Positions 19,899 through 31,369 are shown, counted from the stretch's first letter. The stretch: 64,000 bases of DNA from an uncultured Enterobacteriaceae bacterium (GCA_964523895.1 CAZGBJ010000001.1:93633-157632), one strand, 5' to 3'. Notes: generated by a model from the letters alone, not told the origin. Program-made: numbers and translations.

Positions 19899-20849
19899 AT
19901 GAGTAAACTGCAATTACAAACAATCATACCAGAAGAGCTGGCTGGGAAACGCCTTGATCAGGCGCTTTCCAGACTATACCCCGAGCATTCTCGCTCAAGA
20001 ATTCAATCCTGGATTAAGTCTGGTGATGTCCGTGTTAATAATTTAAATATTAAACAACGGGATCAAGTCAGTGTTGGTGATGCCATTGAAATAAACACAG
20101 AACTGAATAGTGTTGATAAATATCAGGCTGAAGCAATTGAACTTGATATTATTCACGAAGATGATGCCATCATCATTATTAATAAACCTGCAGGCCTCGT
20201 AGTGCACCCAGGAGCAGGAAACCCGAATCGTACTTTGCTAAATGCCCTGCTAAACTTTGATAACAGCCTCGACACCATACCTCGTGCTGGCATCATTCAT
20301 CGCCTTGATAAGGAAACAACCGGTATTATGGTCGTTGCAAGAACGCTAGAAGCACACACCTATTTAGTTGATAAACTGCAAAAGAGAGAAATTAAACGTG
20401 AATATCAGGCGATTGTTTGCGGACAACTTGTTGCCGGCGGTTCTATTGAAAATAAAATGGGAAGGCATCCTGTTCACAGAGTCAAAATGGCAGTGACAAA
20501 CTCTGGCAAAAATGCAACGACGCACTACAGAGTACTTAAAAAATTTCAGCACTACACTCATCTGCATGTCCAACTTGAAACTGGTAGAACCCATCAGATT
20601 CGAGTACATATGTCACATATAAAACACCCGATTGTCGGCGACCCTGTATATGGAAATAATAACTCTATAAGAAAAGGCGTGAATTCATCGCTACGTGACA
20701 TTATTAAAAACTTTAAACGTCAGGCTCTGCACGCATACTCTTTGGAACTTCCTCACCCCACAACAGGAAACAAGATGAAATTTAATGCTGAATTACCTGA
20801 TGATATTAATTCATTAATAGATGCATTAAATACCCATGACCAGGCATAA
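19899..20849 (+). CDS. rluD: 23S rRNA pseudouridine synthase RluD
   Basis: S4 domain followed by the catalytic HRLDKETTG motif. 316 aa. Confidence 0.9.
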   Translation: MSKLQLQTIIPEELAGKRLDQALSRLYPEHSRSRIQSWIKSGDVRVNNLNIKQRDQVSVGDAIEINTELNSVDKYQAEAIELDIIHEDDAIIIINKPAGLVVHPGAGNPNRTLLNALLNFDNSLDTIPRAGIIHRLDKETTGIMVVARTLEAHTYLVDKLQKREIKREYQAIVCGQLVAGGSIENKMGRHPVHRVKMAVTNSGKNATTHYRVLKKFQHYTHLHVQLETGRTHQIRVHMSHIKHPIVGDPVYGNNNSIRKGVNSSLRDIIKNFKRQALHAYSLELPHPTTGNKMKFNAELPDDINSLIDALNTHDQA

Positions 20850-21579
20850 AGATAAACACTGGCTCTGGGCAGACTGGCCTGCACCAGAACATATTCACGC
20901 TGGCACATCTATTCGAACTGGCGGTCATAGCAAAAAACCTTTTAACAGTTTTAATCTCGCACAGCATGTTGGTGATAAGCCTGCCGATGTTAAAAAAAAT
21001 CGTAAAATACTAATCAGTCATCTAGGATTGCCGTCTGAACCCGCCTGGTTAAATCAAACGCATAGTTCAAAAATCATCTCTATTGATTCCACTTCTGAAA
21101 ATCGGAATGCTGATGGCAGTTTCACGATTAAACAAAATAACGTTTGTGCCATCCTGACCGCAGATTGCGTTCCGATTTTATTTTGTAATAAGGACGGAAC
21201 AAAAATCGCGGCTATTCATGCAGGTTGGAAAGGAATCTGCAACGGCATCATTGAAAATACCATTAAGATATTTTCTGACTCTGAAACAATATTAGTCTGG
21301 ATAGGCCCCTGCATCAGTAGCGAGCATTACGAGGTCGGCAAAGATGTCTATGAACGTTGTTTAAATCATTCAAGCTTGCTCAAAAGTGCATTTAATCAAA
21401 CTAATATTAATCATTGGCATTGTGACTTAGTCAAAATTGTTAACATTATTCTGAAAAATGCAGGAATTGGCACAATTTATGAGTGCAATTCATGTACTTA
21501 TAAAATGGATGAATTATTCTTTTCATATCGGCGTGAGGGCAACACAGGTCGTACAGCGTCAATGATCTGGATGGAATAG
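20836..21579 (+). CDS. pgeF: Purine nucleoside phosphorylase/laccase-domain protein PgeF (YfiH)
   Basis: DUF152 pattern (ADG...TADCVPIL...HAGWKG). Follows rluD as in E. coli. Confidence 0.8.
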   Translation: MTRHKDKHWLWADWPAPEHIHAGTSIRTGGHSKKPFNSFNLAQHVGDKPADVKKNRKILISHLGLPSEPAWLNQTHSSKIISIDSTSENRNADGSFTIKQNNVCAILTADCVPILFCNKDGTKIAAIHAGWKGICNGIIENTIKIFSDSETILVWIGPCISSEHYEVGKDVYERCLNHSSLLKSAFNQTNINHWHCDLVKIVNIILKNAGIGTIYECNSCTYKMDELFFSYRREGNTGRTASMIWME

Positions 21580-21639
21580 TGCCAATTTTAGTCTAAGCTT
21601 TAGCCATAAGAAGCAAAAAGAATAATAGGGAGCAGCATA

Positions 21640-23064
21640 ATGAGCAACAACAAGAATAAATCTCTAAGTTTCAGTGAAAGCGTCAATTTCATGGTCGATC
21701 GAGCATTAACTGTGCTTGATGTCGATCCAGGCACTTCCGCAGCTATTAAGGCCTGCAATTCAACCATTAAGGTCAGCTTTCCCGTTGAAATAAATGGCAC
21801 GATTGAAGTATTCACGGGATGGCGCTCTGTACATAGCGATCACAGATTGCCTTCAAAAGGTGGGATTCGTTTCGCCCCCATTGTCAATGAAGACGAAGTA
21901 GAAGCGCTAGCCTCATTGATGACCTATAAATGTGCCATAGTTGACGTGCCTTTTGGCGGCTCAAAAGGCGGCTTATTGATAGACCCCTCCAAGTATAACC
22001 GTGACGACCTACAACGAATCACACGCCGATTTGCGCGTGAACTTGTCCGAAAAGGCTTTCTAAGTCCGGCAACCAATGTCCCGGCCCCCGATATGGGTAC
22101 CGGGGAAAGAGAAATGGCCTGGATTACTGATACCTATAAGCACTTACACCCTGAAGATATCAATTATCTAGGCTGTGTTACCGGCAAACCAATTGCCCAT
22201 GGTGGTATTCGAGGTCGCACAGAAGCTACAGGTCGCGGTGTTGTCTATTCTATTCGTGAGTTTTTTAGACATGCTGACGACGTCAAGACCGTAGGGTTAA
22301 CGCCCGATCTTGGCGGGAAAAAAATTGTCGTCCAGGGATTAGGAAATGTGGGTTATTACGCAGCAAAATTATTAGACGAAGAAGACGATTGCAAGATCAT
22401 CGCTATTATTGAACGTGATGGTGTTTTGATAAATGAGGACGGTGTCTGTGTTGAAGATGTGAGACAGCATATTAATGAACATAAAACCATTAAAGGCTTT
22501 GCCGATGCAAAATTTTCAAAAGATGGTGCATCCGGTCTCGAGATCGAGTGTGACATTCTCATACCAGCGGCTATGGAAGCACAAATAACAAAAGATAATG
22601 CGGAGAATATTAAAACAAAGCTCATCTTTGAAGCAGCGAATGGACCTGTCACATTTGAAGCAGACGATATATTGCGTCGCCGTGGCATCACGATTATGCC
22701 CGATGCCTATGTTAACGCGGGTGGGGTAACTGTCTCTTATTTTGAATGGGTACGTAATCTATCTCATATCCGTTTTGGACGCATGGAAAGACGACATGAC
22801 GAAATGCGTGGCTCACAAATGATCAAAGTATTAGAAACAATGACTGATAAGACTGCAGAAGACTGGATGAGAAAGGAACTGATTTATGGGGCAGACGAAC
22901 TTGATCTGGTTCGATCCGGACTTGATGACACCATGCGTAACAGCTATCAACAATTAAAAAATGTTTTGGACTCTAACGAGAAAGTTGATGATTTCCGTAC
23001 TGCATCTTATGTTGTCGCCATCCAGAAATTATTACGCACCTATATTGATATTGGAGTTTATTGA
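21640..23064 (+). CDS. gdh: Glu/Leu/Phe/Val dehydrogenase family, probable glutamate dehydrogenase
   Basis: Catalytic lysine motif VPFGGSKGG and Rossmann region GLGNVGYYAAKLL. 474 aa. Confidence 0.85.
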   Translation: MSNNKNKSLSFSESVNFMVDRALTVLDVDPGTSAAIKACNSTIKVSFPVEINGTIEVFTGWRSVHSDHRLPSKGGIRFAPIVNEDEVEALASLMTYKCAIVDVPFGGSKGGLLIDPSKYNRDDLQRITRRFARELVRKGFLSPATNVPAPDMGTGEREMAWITDTYKHLHPEDINYLGCVTGKPIAHGGIRGRTEATGRGVVYSIREFFRHADDVKTVGLTPDLGGKKIVVQGLGNVGYYAAKLLDEEDDCKIIAIIERDGVLINEDGVCVEDVRQHINEHKTIKGFADAKFSKDGASGLEIECDILIPAAMEAQITKDNAENIKTKLIFEAANGPVTFEADDILRRRGITIMPDAYVNAGGVTVSYFEWVRNLSHIRFGRMERRHDEMRGSQMIKVLETMTDKTAEDWMRKELIYGADELDLVRSGLDDTMRNSYQQLKNVLDSNEKVDDFRTASYVVAIQKLLRTYIDIGVY

Positions 23065-23184
23065 CGTGCACTAGCAATTGCTCCTGCATCGCCTATAGCG
23101 CCTACTGTCGGTGCTAGTATTTCCGTCTTCCATGTCGATCAAACGTGTGGCATTGCCTATTTGAAATTTTGCTTTCTGAAAGCA

Positions 23185-23212
23185 CTTGAATATTTATAAC
23201 ATGGCCTCATTT
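23185..23212 (+). promoter_or_regulatory. Candidate sigma-32 heat-shock promoter for clpB
   Basis: CTTGAA-N14-CCTCATTT resembles the sigma-32 consensus (CTTGAAA-N13-15-CCCCATNT). It lies ~30 nt upstream of the clpB start. Confidence 0.45.
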
Positions 23213-23241
23213 TATGATCATAGCTATAAATGAGACAAAAA

Positions 23242-25833
23242 ATGCGACCCGATAAATTAACAACAAAATTACAACTGGCACTGGCTGAAGCACAGAGTCT
23301 GGCTGTGGGTCGCGATCACCAATATATCGAACCTGTCCATCTGGCACAGGCATTACTTAACCAGGATGGCGGAACACTTTCTCACATACTGTCTAGTTCA
23401 GGAGTTAAACTGAATAAATTAGGCTCGGAAATATTAAAACTTCTGGATTCATTACCAACTGTCAGTGGTGCAGGTGGTGATGTTCATATCAGTCGTGACC
23501 TGGATCGCGTCTTGAACCTTATGGATAAGATTGCCCAGGATCGGAATGATGATTTTATTGCCAGTGAACTTTTTGCCCTGGCTGCATTGCAAGACAAAGG
23601 AAAATTAGGTGCTTTATTAAAACAAAATGGTGCTGATGAGAACAAGCTTAATGTTGCGATCAACGCCTTACGTGGCGGCGAAAAAGTCAAGGATGCAAAC
23701 ACTGAAGAAAATCGACAGGTACTGGAAAAATATACCAATGATCTTACTGCCATGGCTGAAAGCGGCAAACTGGATCCTGTCATTGGTCGCGATGAAGAAA
23801 TTCGACGCACCATCCAGGTATTACAACGCCGTACTAAAAATAATCCGATCTTAATTGGTGAGCCCGGCGTAGGGAAAACAGCGATTGTCGAAGGTTTGGC
23901 GCAACGTATTGTCAATGGTGAAGTGCCTGAATTATTAAAACGAAAAAGATTATTAGCGCTTGATATGGCTGCACTCATTGCTGGCGCCAAATTTCGTGGT
24001 GAATTTGAAGAACGTTTAAAGGCAGTCTTGCATGATCTTGCAAAACAGGAAGGTCAGATAATCCTGTTCATCGATGAAGTACACACGATGGTTAGTGCTG
24101 GCAAAGCTGAAGGTGCTATGGACGCCGGAAATATGCTTAAACCTGCTTTAGCACGCGGTGAACTTCATTGCATTGGTGCGACTACGCTCGATGAGTTCCG
24201 TGAAAATATTGAGAAGGACGCTGCTTTGGAACGTCGATTCCAAAAGGTGCTGGTTAATGAACCTAATGTTGATGACACCATTGCCATACTTCGGGGTTTA
24301 AAGGAACGTTACGAGGTTCATCATAATGTGCAGATAACTGATCCTGCCATTGTTGCAGCCGCAACATTGTCCAATCGTTACATCACCGATAGACAATTAC
24401 CTGATAAGGCAATTGATTTGATTGATGAGTCAGCAAGTCGTATCAGTATAGAAATTAATTCAAAGCCGGAAGCTATGGATCGGCTTGAACGTCGAGTAAT
24501 TCAAATGAAAATTGAACGTGAGGCATTAAAAAAGGAAACAGATACTGCATCGGAAAAACGACTAAAGTTACTTGAAACAGATATTGAAGAGACTGAACGA
24601 GAATTTACTGATCTGGAAGAAATATGGATATCTGAAAAAGCAGCCTTGCAAGGAACTCACCATATTAAAGAAAAACTTGAACAAGCAAGATTCAATTTTG
24701 AAGCAGCTAAACGTTCAAGTGATTTGAATCAGATGTCAGAACTCCAGTATGGCGTCATCCCGGAACTTGAAAAACAACTGGATATGGCGGGACAGGCTGA
24801 GATGCAAGAATTGAAATTACTTCGCAATAAAGTGACTGAGAACGAAATTGCTGAAGTTGTTGCTAATTGGACAGGTATCCCGGTCAATAAAATGATGCAA
24901 GGCGAACGTGAAAAATTACTGGCGATGGAAGATGCATTACATCAGCGCGTGGTCGGACAAGAACAAGCCATTACTGCCGTTGCTAATGCCATTCGTCGCT
25001 CACGTGCAGGACTTTCTGATCCAGACAAACCCAATGGCAGTTTTCTTTTTCTAGGGCCAACTGGCGTAGGCAAAACAGAGCTGTGTAAAAGTCTGACTGA
25101 ATTTTTATTTGATAGTGAAGATGCCATGATCCGGGTCGATATGTCCGAATACATGGAAAAACATGCAGTCGCACGGTTGATTGGCGCGCCTCCAGGTTAT
25201 GTTGGCTATGAACAAGGCGGAATGTTGACTGAAGCCGTAAGACGACGTCCTTATAGCCTGATTTTACTAGACGAGATAGAAAAGGCTCATACCGATATAT
25301 TTAATATATTACTACAGGTACTCGATGATGGGCGTTTGACCGATGGACATGGTCGTACCGTGGACTTTCGCAATACTGTCATTGTTATGACCTCAAATCT
25401 CGGTTCACAGCTAATACAGGAAATGTCTACCGATTCAGAATATGACAATATGAAAGAAATTGTATTGAATGAAGTCAGTCACTATTTCAGACCTGAATTT
25501 ATTAACCGAATCGATGACGTCGTTGTTTTCCATGCACTGCTTCAGGAACAAATCCACGCTATTACAGAAATTCAGGTAGAGCGTCTGCGTCAGCGCTTAC
25601 ATGAACAGGAAATTGCGCTGGAATTAAGCGATGAGGTAATTACCAGTCTGGGCAACGCAGGATTTGACCCTGTTTATGGTGCCCGCCCGTTAAAACGTGC
25701 TATTCAGGAAAAGCTTGAAACACCTATAGCTGAGAAAATTCTGGCCGGAAAATATGGTGCTGGATCACTGATAAAAGTAAGCCTGGCTGAAGGGGAAATG
25801 CAGTTTTCTGAACTCGAAACAAATGCAGCATAA
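23242..25833 (+). CDS. clpB: Chaperone disaggregase ClpB
   Basis: [18 protein letters not shown] matches the E. coli ClpB start. Two AAA+ modules ([15 protein letters not shown] and [12 protein letters not shown]) and a middle coiled coil. Confidence 0.95.
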   Translation: MRPDKLTTKLQLALAEAQSLAVGRDHQYIEPVHLAQALLNQDGGTLSHILSSSGVKLNKLGSEILKLLDSLPTVSGAGGDVHISRDLDRVLNLMDKIAQDRNDDFIASELFALAALQDKGKLGALLKQNGADENKLNVAINALRGGEKVKDANTEENRQVLEKYTNDLTAMAESGKLDPVIGRDEEIRRTIQVLQRRTKNNPILIGEPGVGKTAIVEGLAQRIVNGEVPELLKRKRLLALDMAALIAGAKFRGEFEERLKAVLHDLAKQEGQIILFIDEVHTMVSAGKAEGAMDAGNMLKPALARGELHCIGATTLDEFRENIEKDAALERRFQKVLVNEPNVDDTIAILRGLKERYEVHHNVQITDPAIVAAATLSNRYITDRQLPDKAIDLIDESASRISIEINSKPEAMDRLERRVIQMKIEREALKKETDTASEKRLKLLETDIEETEREFTDLEEIWISEKAALQGTHHIKEKLEQARFNFEAAKRSSDLNQMSELQYGVIPELEKQLDMAGQAEMQELKLLRNKVTENEIAEVVANWTGIPVNKMMQGEREKLLAMEDALHQRVVGQEQAITAVANAIRRSRAGLSDPDKPNGSFLFLGPTGVGKTELCKSLTEFLFDSEDAMIRVDMSEYMEKHAVARLIGAPPGYVGYEQGGMLTEAVRRRPYSLILLDEIEKAHTDIFNILLQVLDDGRLTDGHGRTVDFRNTVIVMTSNLGSQLIQEMSTDSEYDNMKEIVLNEVSHYFRPEFINRIDDVVVFHALLQEQIHAITEIQVERLRQRLHEQEIALELSDEVITSLGNAGFDPVYGARPLKRAIQEKLETPIAEKILAGKYGAGSLIKVSLAEGEMQFSELETNAA

Positions 25834-25938
25834 TTTTCTATCTTTAATTAATCTTTAATAGAAAAATAGCGATTTAGGTAAAATACTAAGATTATTAATT
25901 AAAACAGTTGGTTATTTACCTCATATACTCTAATATCT

Positions 25939-25978
25939 TTCCGAAATACTTGATAAAAATAGGTCAAGAGATTCGGAA
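25939..25978 (+). promoter_or_regulatory. Nested inverted repeat/hairpin immediately upstream of and overlapping the pilB RBS
   Basis: TTCCGAAatACTTGAtaaaaataggTCAAGagaTTCGGAA ATG: an outer 7-bp stem and an inner 5-bp stem, with the 3' arm ending at the start codon. Confidence 0.3.
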
Positions 25979-27694
25979 ATGTCGACACCTGCAAAAAAAA
26001 TAAATCTGAGTGGGCTAGCACGGAAACTCGTGCAAGATGGCCTGCTTGATGAAGAAAAAGCGCAAAGTACGCATGAAGAGGCACTAAAGAAGAAAAGACC
26101 TTTTGTTAGTCTTCTCGTAGAAAACAAACTTGTCCCCAGTAGCAGCATTGCATTGGCGGCGGCCCAGGAATTTGGTGCGCCACTGGTTGATATCGATTTA
26201 CTGGAAATTGACCCTGATGTCATCAAGCTGGTCAAAGAAGACCTCATCAAGAAACACCATGCCCTACCCATTTTCAAACGCGGTAAGCGCCTTGCTGTTG
26301 CTGTCGCTGATCCAACCAATATCCTGGCTCTTGACGAAATTAAATTTGCAACCAGCTTAGGTACTGACGCTATTGTTGTAGAAGAAGATAAACTCACAAA
26401 GACCATCGAGAAAGCCATAGAAGAAGCAGAGGGTGGCTTGGGCGACATGGATGGTGACGATTTCGATGATCTCGATGATTTGGAAGTTGCTGAAGATGGC
26501 CCACAAGAGGAGGATGACTCTGACGTTGACGATGCACCAGTAGTACGTTTTGTCAATAAATGTTTGCTTGATGCCATTAAAAAAGGCGCGTCAGATTTAC
26601 ATTTTGAACCCTATGAAAAAATGTACCGCGTACGCTTTCGTGTAGACGGTGTTTTAATGGAAGTAGCAAAACCTCCCTTGAGCCTTAATTTGAAAATAGC
26701 GGCACGCATAAAAGTAATGTCACGAATGGACGTATCAGAACGACGTGTTCCACAAGACGGACGTATCAAATTAAAACTCTCAAAAACAAAAGCGATTGAT
26801 TTTCGTGTTAGTACTTGCCCAACACTGTTCGGTGAAAAAACCTGTATGCGAATTCTGGATTCAGATGCCGCCGCATTACAAATAGATCAGTTGGGATATG
26901 AAGACCACCAGAAAGAAATGTTTTTAGACAACTTGCATAAACCTTATGGCATGTTCCTTGTTACCGGGCCAACGGGTAGTGGTAAAACTGTTTCGCTTTA
27001 TACTGGCATCAATATCCTGAATCAGGTAGATATCAATATTTCCACTGCCGAAGATCCTGTTGAAATTAATCTCCCCGGCGTCAACCAGGTTCAGGTTGAT
27101 GAGAAACAAGGCATGACATTCGATAAAGCCTTGAAAGCTTTTTTAAGACAGGATCCGGACATTATTCTGGTAGGGGAAATACGCGATTTGGGTACAGCTT
27201 CTATTGCGGTAAAAGCAGCACAGACAGGACATATGGTAATGTCGACATTGCATACCAATGATTGCCCGCAAACCCTGACCCGTTTACAAGACATGGGCAT
27301 ACAGGCTTTTGCCGTGGCAACCAGTATTAACCTTATTACTGCACAACGATTACTCCGACGCCTAAAGGAAGATAATCGGGCAGTGATAGAAATGCCTGAC
27401 GAGACCCTAAGAGAAGAAGGCTTCCCTGAAGAAATGATTAAAGAGGGCATTACTCTGTATGGCCCTGCTGAAGATACAGAAGATAATCCAGGCTACAAAG
27501 GGCGAGCAGGCATCTATCAAGTTATGCCCATATCAGATGACATGAAACGTTTGATTATTGAAGGTGCTAACGCGGTACAGTTGGCCGATCAAGCTTCGTC
27601 AGAGGGTATATGGGACATCCGTAAATCAGGTTTAATGAAGGCGGCCGCTGGCGTCACCAGTATGGTCGAAGTTAATCGAGTAACCGTAGAGTAG
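25979..27694 (+). CDS. pilB: Type IV pilus assembly ATPase PilB
   Basis: Walker A GPTGSGKT, Asp and His boxes, tetracysteine region and N-terminal GSPII domains. Confidence 0.95.
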   Translation: MSTPAKKINLSGLARKLVQDGLLDEEKAQSTHEEALKKKRPFVSLLVENKLVPSSSIALAAAQEFGAPLVDIDLLEIDPDVIKLVKEDLIKKHHALPIFKRGKRLAVAVADPTNILALDEIKFATSLGTDAIVVEEDKLTKTIEKAIEEAEGGLGDMDGDDFDDLDDLEVAEDGPQEEDDSDVDDAPVVRFVNKCLLDAIKKGASDLHFEPYEKMYRVRFRVDGVLMEVAKPPLSLNLKIAARIKVMSRMDVSERRVPQDGRIKLKLSKTKAIDFRVSTCPTLFGEKTCMRILDSDAAALQIDQLGYEDHQKEMFLDNLHKPYGMFLVTGPTGSGKTVSLYTGINILNQVDINISTAEDPVEINLPGVNQVQVDEKQGMTFDKALKAFLRQDPDIILVGEIRDLGTASIAVKAAQTGHMVMSTLHTNDCPQTLTRLQDMGIQAFAVATSINLITAQRLLRRLKEDNRAVIEMPDETLREEGFPEEMIKEGITLYGPAEDTEDNPGYKGRAGIYQVMPISDDMKRLIIEGANAVQLADQASSEGIWDIRKSGLMKAAAGVTSMVEVNRVTVE

Positions 27695-27699
27695 ATATT

Positions 27700-28920
27700 A
27701 TGGCTGAAGCAAAAAAAGCAGATATGTATGCCTGGGAAGGCACGGACAAAAAAGGCAAACGTGTTAAAGGAGAGTTGAGTGGGCAGAGCGAAGCATTAGT
27801 AAAAGCCCAATTAAGACGCCAGGGCATTAATCCTCTTAAAGTTAAAAAGAAATCAAAACCTTTATTGGGCGGTGGTGGTGGAAAAATAACACCGAAAGAC
27901 ATCACAGTCTTTAGCCGACAGTTAGCTACAATGATGTCATCAGGTGTACCTCTTGTGCAGGCTTTCGAAATTGTTGGTCGAGGTCATGATAATCCTGCTA
28001 TGCAAGATTTAATTCTGGGCGTTAAAGCAGATGTAGAAGCGGGTAATAACCTAACTGAGGCACTCAGGAAAAAACCATTACAATTTAATGATTTATATTG
28101 CAACCTTGTAGAAGCAGGTGAACATGCCGGTATACTTGAAGCCATTCTGCATAAACTTGCAACCTACATGGAGAAATCTGAAGCATTAAAATCTAAAATC
28201 AAGGCAGCGTTATTCTACCCAGGTGCGGTTATAGCAATGGCAGGCATTGTTGTAAGTATCCTAATGATCTTTGTCATACCACAATTCTCTGAACTTTTTT
28301 CCAGCTTTGGCGCTGACTTACCGGCTCTAACACAACTATTGGTAGATTGTTCAAATTTTTTCGTTGCTTATTGGTGGCTAATATTTGGCGTTACCGGTGG
28401 CGCTATTTATGGCGCAATGGAGATAAAGAAAAGATCAAAAGCCGTCCAGCAATTTCTTGATCGGGCCATATTAAAAATGCCCGTTCTTGGTGAAATAATG
28501 GAAAAAGCCGCTATCGCTCGTTTTGCTCGAACGTTAGAAACCATGTTTGCAGCAGGTACGCCTATGGTAGAAGCTATGGTTTCGGTAGCAGGTGCTTGCG
28601 GTAATATTGTTTTTTATGATGCCACTATGAAAATGAAAGATGAAATTTCTACCGGCACACAGCTTCAGGCATCCATGAGAGAAACAGGTTTATTTCCAAA
28701 CATGGTCATTCAAATGGTAGCCATCGGTGAAGAATCAGGCGCTATAGATACTATGCTTGGTAAAGTTGCTGATTGGTATGAACAAGAAGTTGATGATGCT
28801 GTTGAAGCACTGACAAGTTTACTTGAGCCGGCGATTATGGCATTTTTAGGTGGCGTTATTGGTACCATTGTTATTGGTATGTATCTTCCTATCTTCCAGA
28901 TGGGTCAAGTCGTTAAGTAA
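27700..28920 (+). CDS. pilC: Type IV pilus platform protein PilC
   Basis: Two GspF repeats. 406 aa. Follows pilB. Confidence 0.95.
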   Translation: MAEAKKADMYAWEGTDKKGKRVKGELSGQSEALVKAQLRRQGINPLKVKKKSKPLLGGGGGKITPKDITVFSRQLATMMSSGVPLVQAFEIVGRGHDNPAMQDLILGVKADVEAGNNLTEALRKKPLQFNDLYCNLVEAGEHAGILEAILHKLATYMEKSEALKSKIKAALFYPGAVIAMAGIVVSILMIFVIPQFSELFSSFGADLPALTQLLVDCSNFFVAYWWLIFGVTGGAIYGAMEIKKRSKAVQQFLDRAILKMPVLGEIMEKAAIARFARTLETMFAAGTPMVEAMVSVAGACGNIVFYDATMKMKDEISTGTQLQASMRETGLFPNMVIQMVAIGEESGAIDTMLGKVADWYEQEVDDAVEALTSLLEPAIMAFLGGVIGTIVIGMYLPIFQMGQVVK

Positions 28921-29029
28921 AATAATAATAAATGTATCGTTACTGAAGTTTCAGCAAAATAAATATATTTCTAAAAATATTTTTTTAGAGCTGTTTTTTA
29001 CGTGACCAACCAAGCCACCGAGAATATTC

Positions 29030-29908
29030 GTGCCTATAATCATTGAGTTATTTCATACATCCCCTGCCTTTTATCTCAGTACTATCTTCGTATTAGGGCT
29101 ACTCGTTGGAAGTTTTCTGAATGTTGTTATTTTTCGTTTACCTACAATGATGGAAAGCGACTGGCAGCAACAATGTTGTGAGTTACTTGATATAGATGAT
29201 GCTAAATATAAAAAAGAAAACGAAGGTTTTAATCTCATTACTCCTCGCTCGCGTTGCCCGTCTTGCAATCATCAAATTAGCGCAATGGAGAACATCCCTG
29301 TCATTAGTTATTTATTTTTAAAAGGGAAATGTAGTAATTGCGAAAATAAAATTTCGATTCGTTATCCATTAATTGAATTAGTAAGCGCAATAACTGTAAC
29401 TATTGTTGCATTTTATTTTGGTGTTACATTACAAGCGTTATTTGCAATATGTCTTACCTGGGCACTCATTGCCTTAAGCATGATTGATTTTGATCATCAA
29501 TTACTTCCTGATGATATTACACTACCCTTCTTATGGCTTGGAATTATCATAAACTTGTTTGGTATTTTTACAGATATTGAATCAAGTATACTCGGTGCAA
29601 TATTTGGCTACGGCTCATTATGGCTTGTCTATATCTCATTTAAATTAGTTACTGGTAAAGAAGGAATGGGGCATGGTGATTTTAAATTATTAGCCGTATT
29701 AGGTGCGTGGTTTGGTTGGCAGGCACTTCCTCTAATTATTATATTATCCTCTGTCGTTGGTGCCAGCATTGGCATTTTATTAATGATCTTTAAATCATAT
29801 AACAGAACAACAGCAATACCATTTGGACCCTACTTGGCAATTGCTGGCTGGACATCTATGTTATGGGGACCGTACATCATGTCTGCTTATTTAAATGCAG
29901 TAATTTAA
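29030..29908 (+). CDS. pilD: Prepilin peptidase/N-methyltransferase PilD
   Basis: CPSC...CSNC zinc motif plus polytopic membrane helices with the catalytic Asp residues. Confidence 0.9.
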   Translation: MPIIIELFHTSPAFYLSTIFVLGLLVGSFLNVVIFRLPTMMESDWQQQCCELLDIDDAKYKKENEGFNLITPRSRCPSCNHQISAMENIPVISYLFLKGKCSNCENKISIRYPLIELVSAITVTIVAFYFGVTLQALFAICLTWALIALSMIDFDHQLLPDDITLPFLWLGIIINLFGIFTDIESSILGAIFGYGSLWLVYISFKLVTGKEGMGHGDFKLLAVLGAWFGWQALPLIIILSSVVGASIGILLMIFKSYNRTTAIPFGPYLAIAGWTSMLWGPYIMSAYLNAVI

Positions 29909-29946
29909 AGACCATCCACCTGCAAAATGAATCGAATAGCTTCTTA

Positions 29947-30552
29947 ATGTCCAAGGTATTACGCATTGCCTTAACGGGTGGTATAGGTAGCGGGAAATCA
30001 ACTGTCGCAGATAAATTTCAGGATCTTGGCGCACCTATTATTGATTCAGATGTAATATCGAGAGAAATCGTCAAGCCTGGCACAGCCTGTTTAAACACTA
30101 TTGTTAACGAATTTGGCTCGGAACTTTTAACTAGCAAAGGAACGCTTGATCGGCATAAATTACGCAAGATTATATTTAATGATGAAACTACAAAAAAAAA
30201 GCTGGAAGACATTTTACACCCTGTTATCTATCAAGAAATAGAAGATCAAATATCTAGAATAAACTATCCATATTGCTTAATTGTTATTCCTCTACTTGTA
30301 GAAACACAGGCTATGCACCGTTTTGATAGAATTTTAGTTGTTGATACAGCAAAAGATTTACAAATAAAAAGAGCAACTAGTAGAGATAAATCGTCCGTCC
30401 AAATTATAGAAAAAATCATAAACAGTCAGGCTAGCCGCAATCAACGTCTTAAATATGCAGACGACATTATCGACAATAACGTTAATATTGAAGAACTTAA
30501 TGGGGCCATACTCAAATTACACAAAAGGTATCTGGAACCAAATAAGCTCTGA
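29947..30552 (+). CDS. coaE: Dephospho-CoA kinase
   Basis: LRIALTGGIGSGKST P-loop. The start is placed at MSKVL; the track ORF begins upstream and overlaps pilD. Confidence 0.9.
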   Translation: MSKVLRIALTGGIGSGKSTVADKFQDLGAPIIDSDVISREIVKPGTACLNTIVNEFGSELLTSKGTLDRHKLRKIIFNDETTKKKLEDILHPVIYQEIEDQISRINYPYCLIVIPLLVETQAMHRFDRILVVDTAKDLQIKRATSRDKSSVQIIEKIINSQASRNQRLKYADDIIDNNVNIEELNGAILKLHKRYLEPNKL

Positions 30553-30595
30553 TTAAGTAGCTATATTCATGAAAAGAATGAATAATTAATTCTAT

Positions 30596-31369
30596 ATGCA
30601 GAATAAAATAATATTTGAACAACCGCTAAACGAAAGAATGAGAAACCTATTACGTTTAGAGCATCTTTTTGATCTTATTGCGTGTCGCTCGCTAGAGACT
30701 ACTAATAAATGGGATTATCGAAATATTCTGGAATCTCTTCTTGAAATCAATGACCTTTTAAACCGCTCTGATTTTAAATCTGAATTAATTAAAGAATTAG
30801 ACCGCCATTCATCAATGCTTATATCGCTGGAAAATAACCCTGCTGTCGATCAACAAAGATTAAAAAATATAAATAATGAAATTCGTGAACTATTAATAGA
30901 ACTTAGAAATACTTCATACCAGCCCGGAAATCAATTAAAGAATGATGAGTTGATAACAAGTTTCAAACAGCGCATAAGTATTCCTGGCGGAACCTGTAAT
31001 TTTGATCTACCTCGACTTCACTTTTGGCTAAACCAGGCTGACGTCAAACAGAAACAGGATTTGGAGAATTGGTCAAATGATCTCGAGCCAATAAAAAAAT
31101 CAATTTACCTGGCATTAGATATGATAAGAAATAGTGCCAATCCGACGAGAGAAAAAGCAGAGTCCGGTTTTTACCAACAACCCATCGAATCAAATCTTTC
31201 CTGTCAGTTGATAAGAGTGTTATTACCTTCTGCCAGTCGATATTACCCGGAAATCAGTGGTGGCAAACATCGTTTTACCATACGTTTCATGGAAGAGATT
31301 ACGACAGATAATAGATCTAACCAAACAAAAAATGATGTCGATTTCGAACTTCATAGCTGTATTTTATGA
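30596..31369 (+). CDS. zapD: Cell division protein ZapD (YacF)
   Basis: [21 protein letters not shown] matches the E. coli ZapD N-terminus. Confidence 0.85.
   Translation: MQNKIIFEQPLNERMRNLLRLEHLFDLIACRSLETTNKWDYRNILESLLEINDLLNRSDFKSELIKELDRHSSMLISLENNPAVDQQRLKNINNEIRELLIELRNTSYQPGNQLKNDELITSFKQRISIPGGTCNFDLPRLHFWLNQADVKQKQDLENWSNDLEPIKKSIYLALDMIRNSANPTREKAESGFYQQPIESNLSCQLIRVLLPSASRYYPEISGGKHRFTIRFMEEITTDNRSNQTKNDVDFELHSCIL

Noticed and set aside
25930-26577. 215-aa Ser-rich minus-strand ORF antisense to pilB
   Set aside because: Low-complexity antisense translation of a well-supported gene. No RBS.
28966-28988. AT-rich palindrome CTAAAAAtatTTTTTTAG between pilC and pilD
   Set aside because: Low-complexity A/T palindromes arise readily by chance in AT-rich spacers, so there is no strong case for function.
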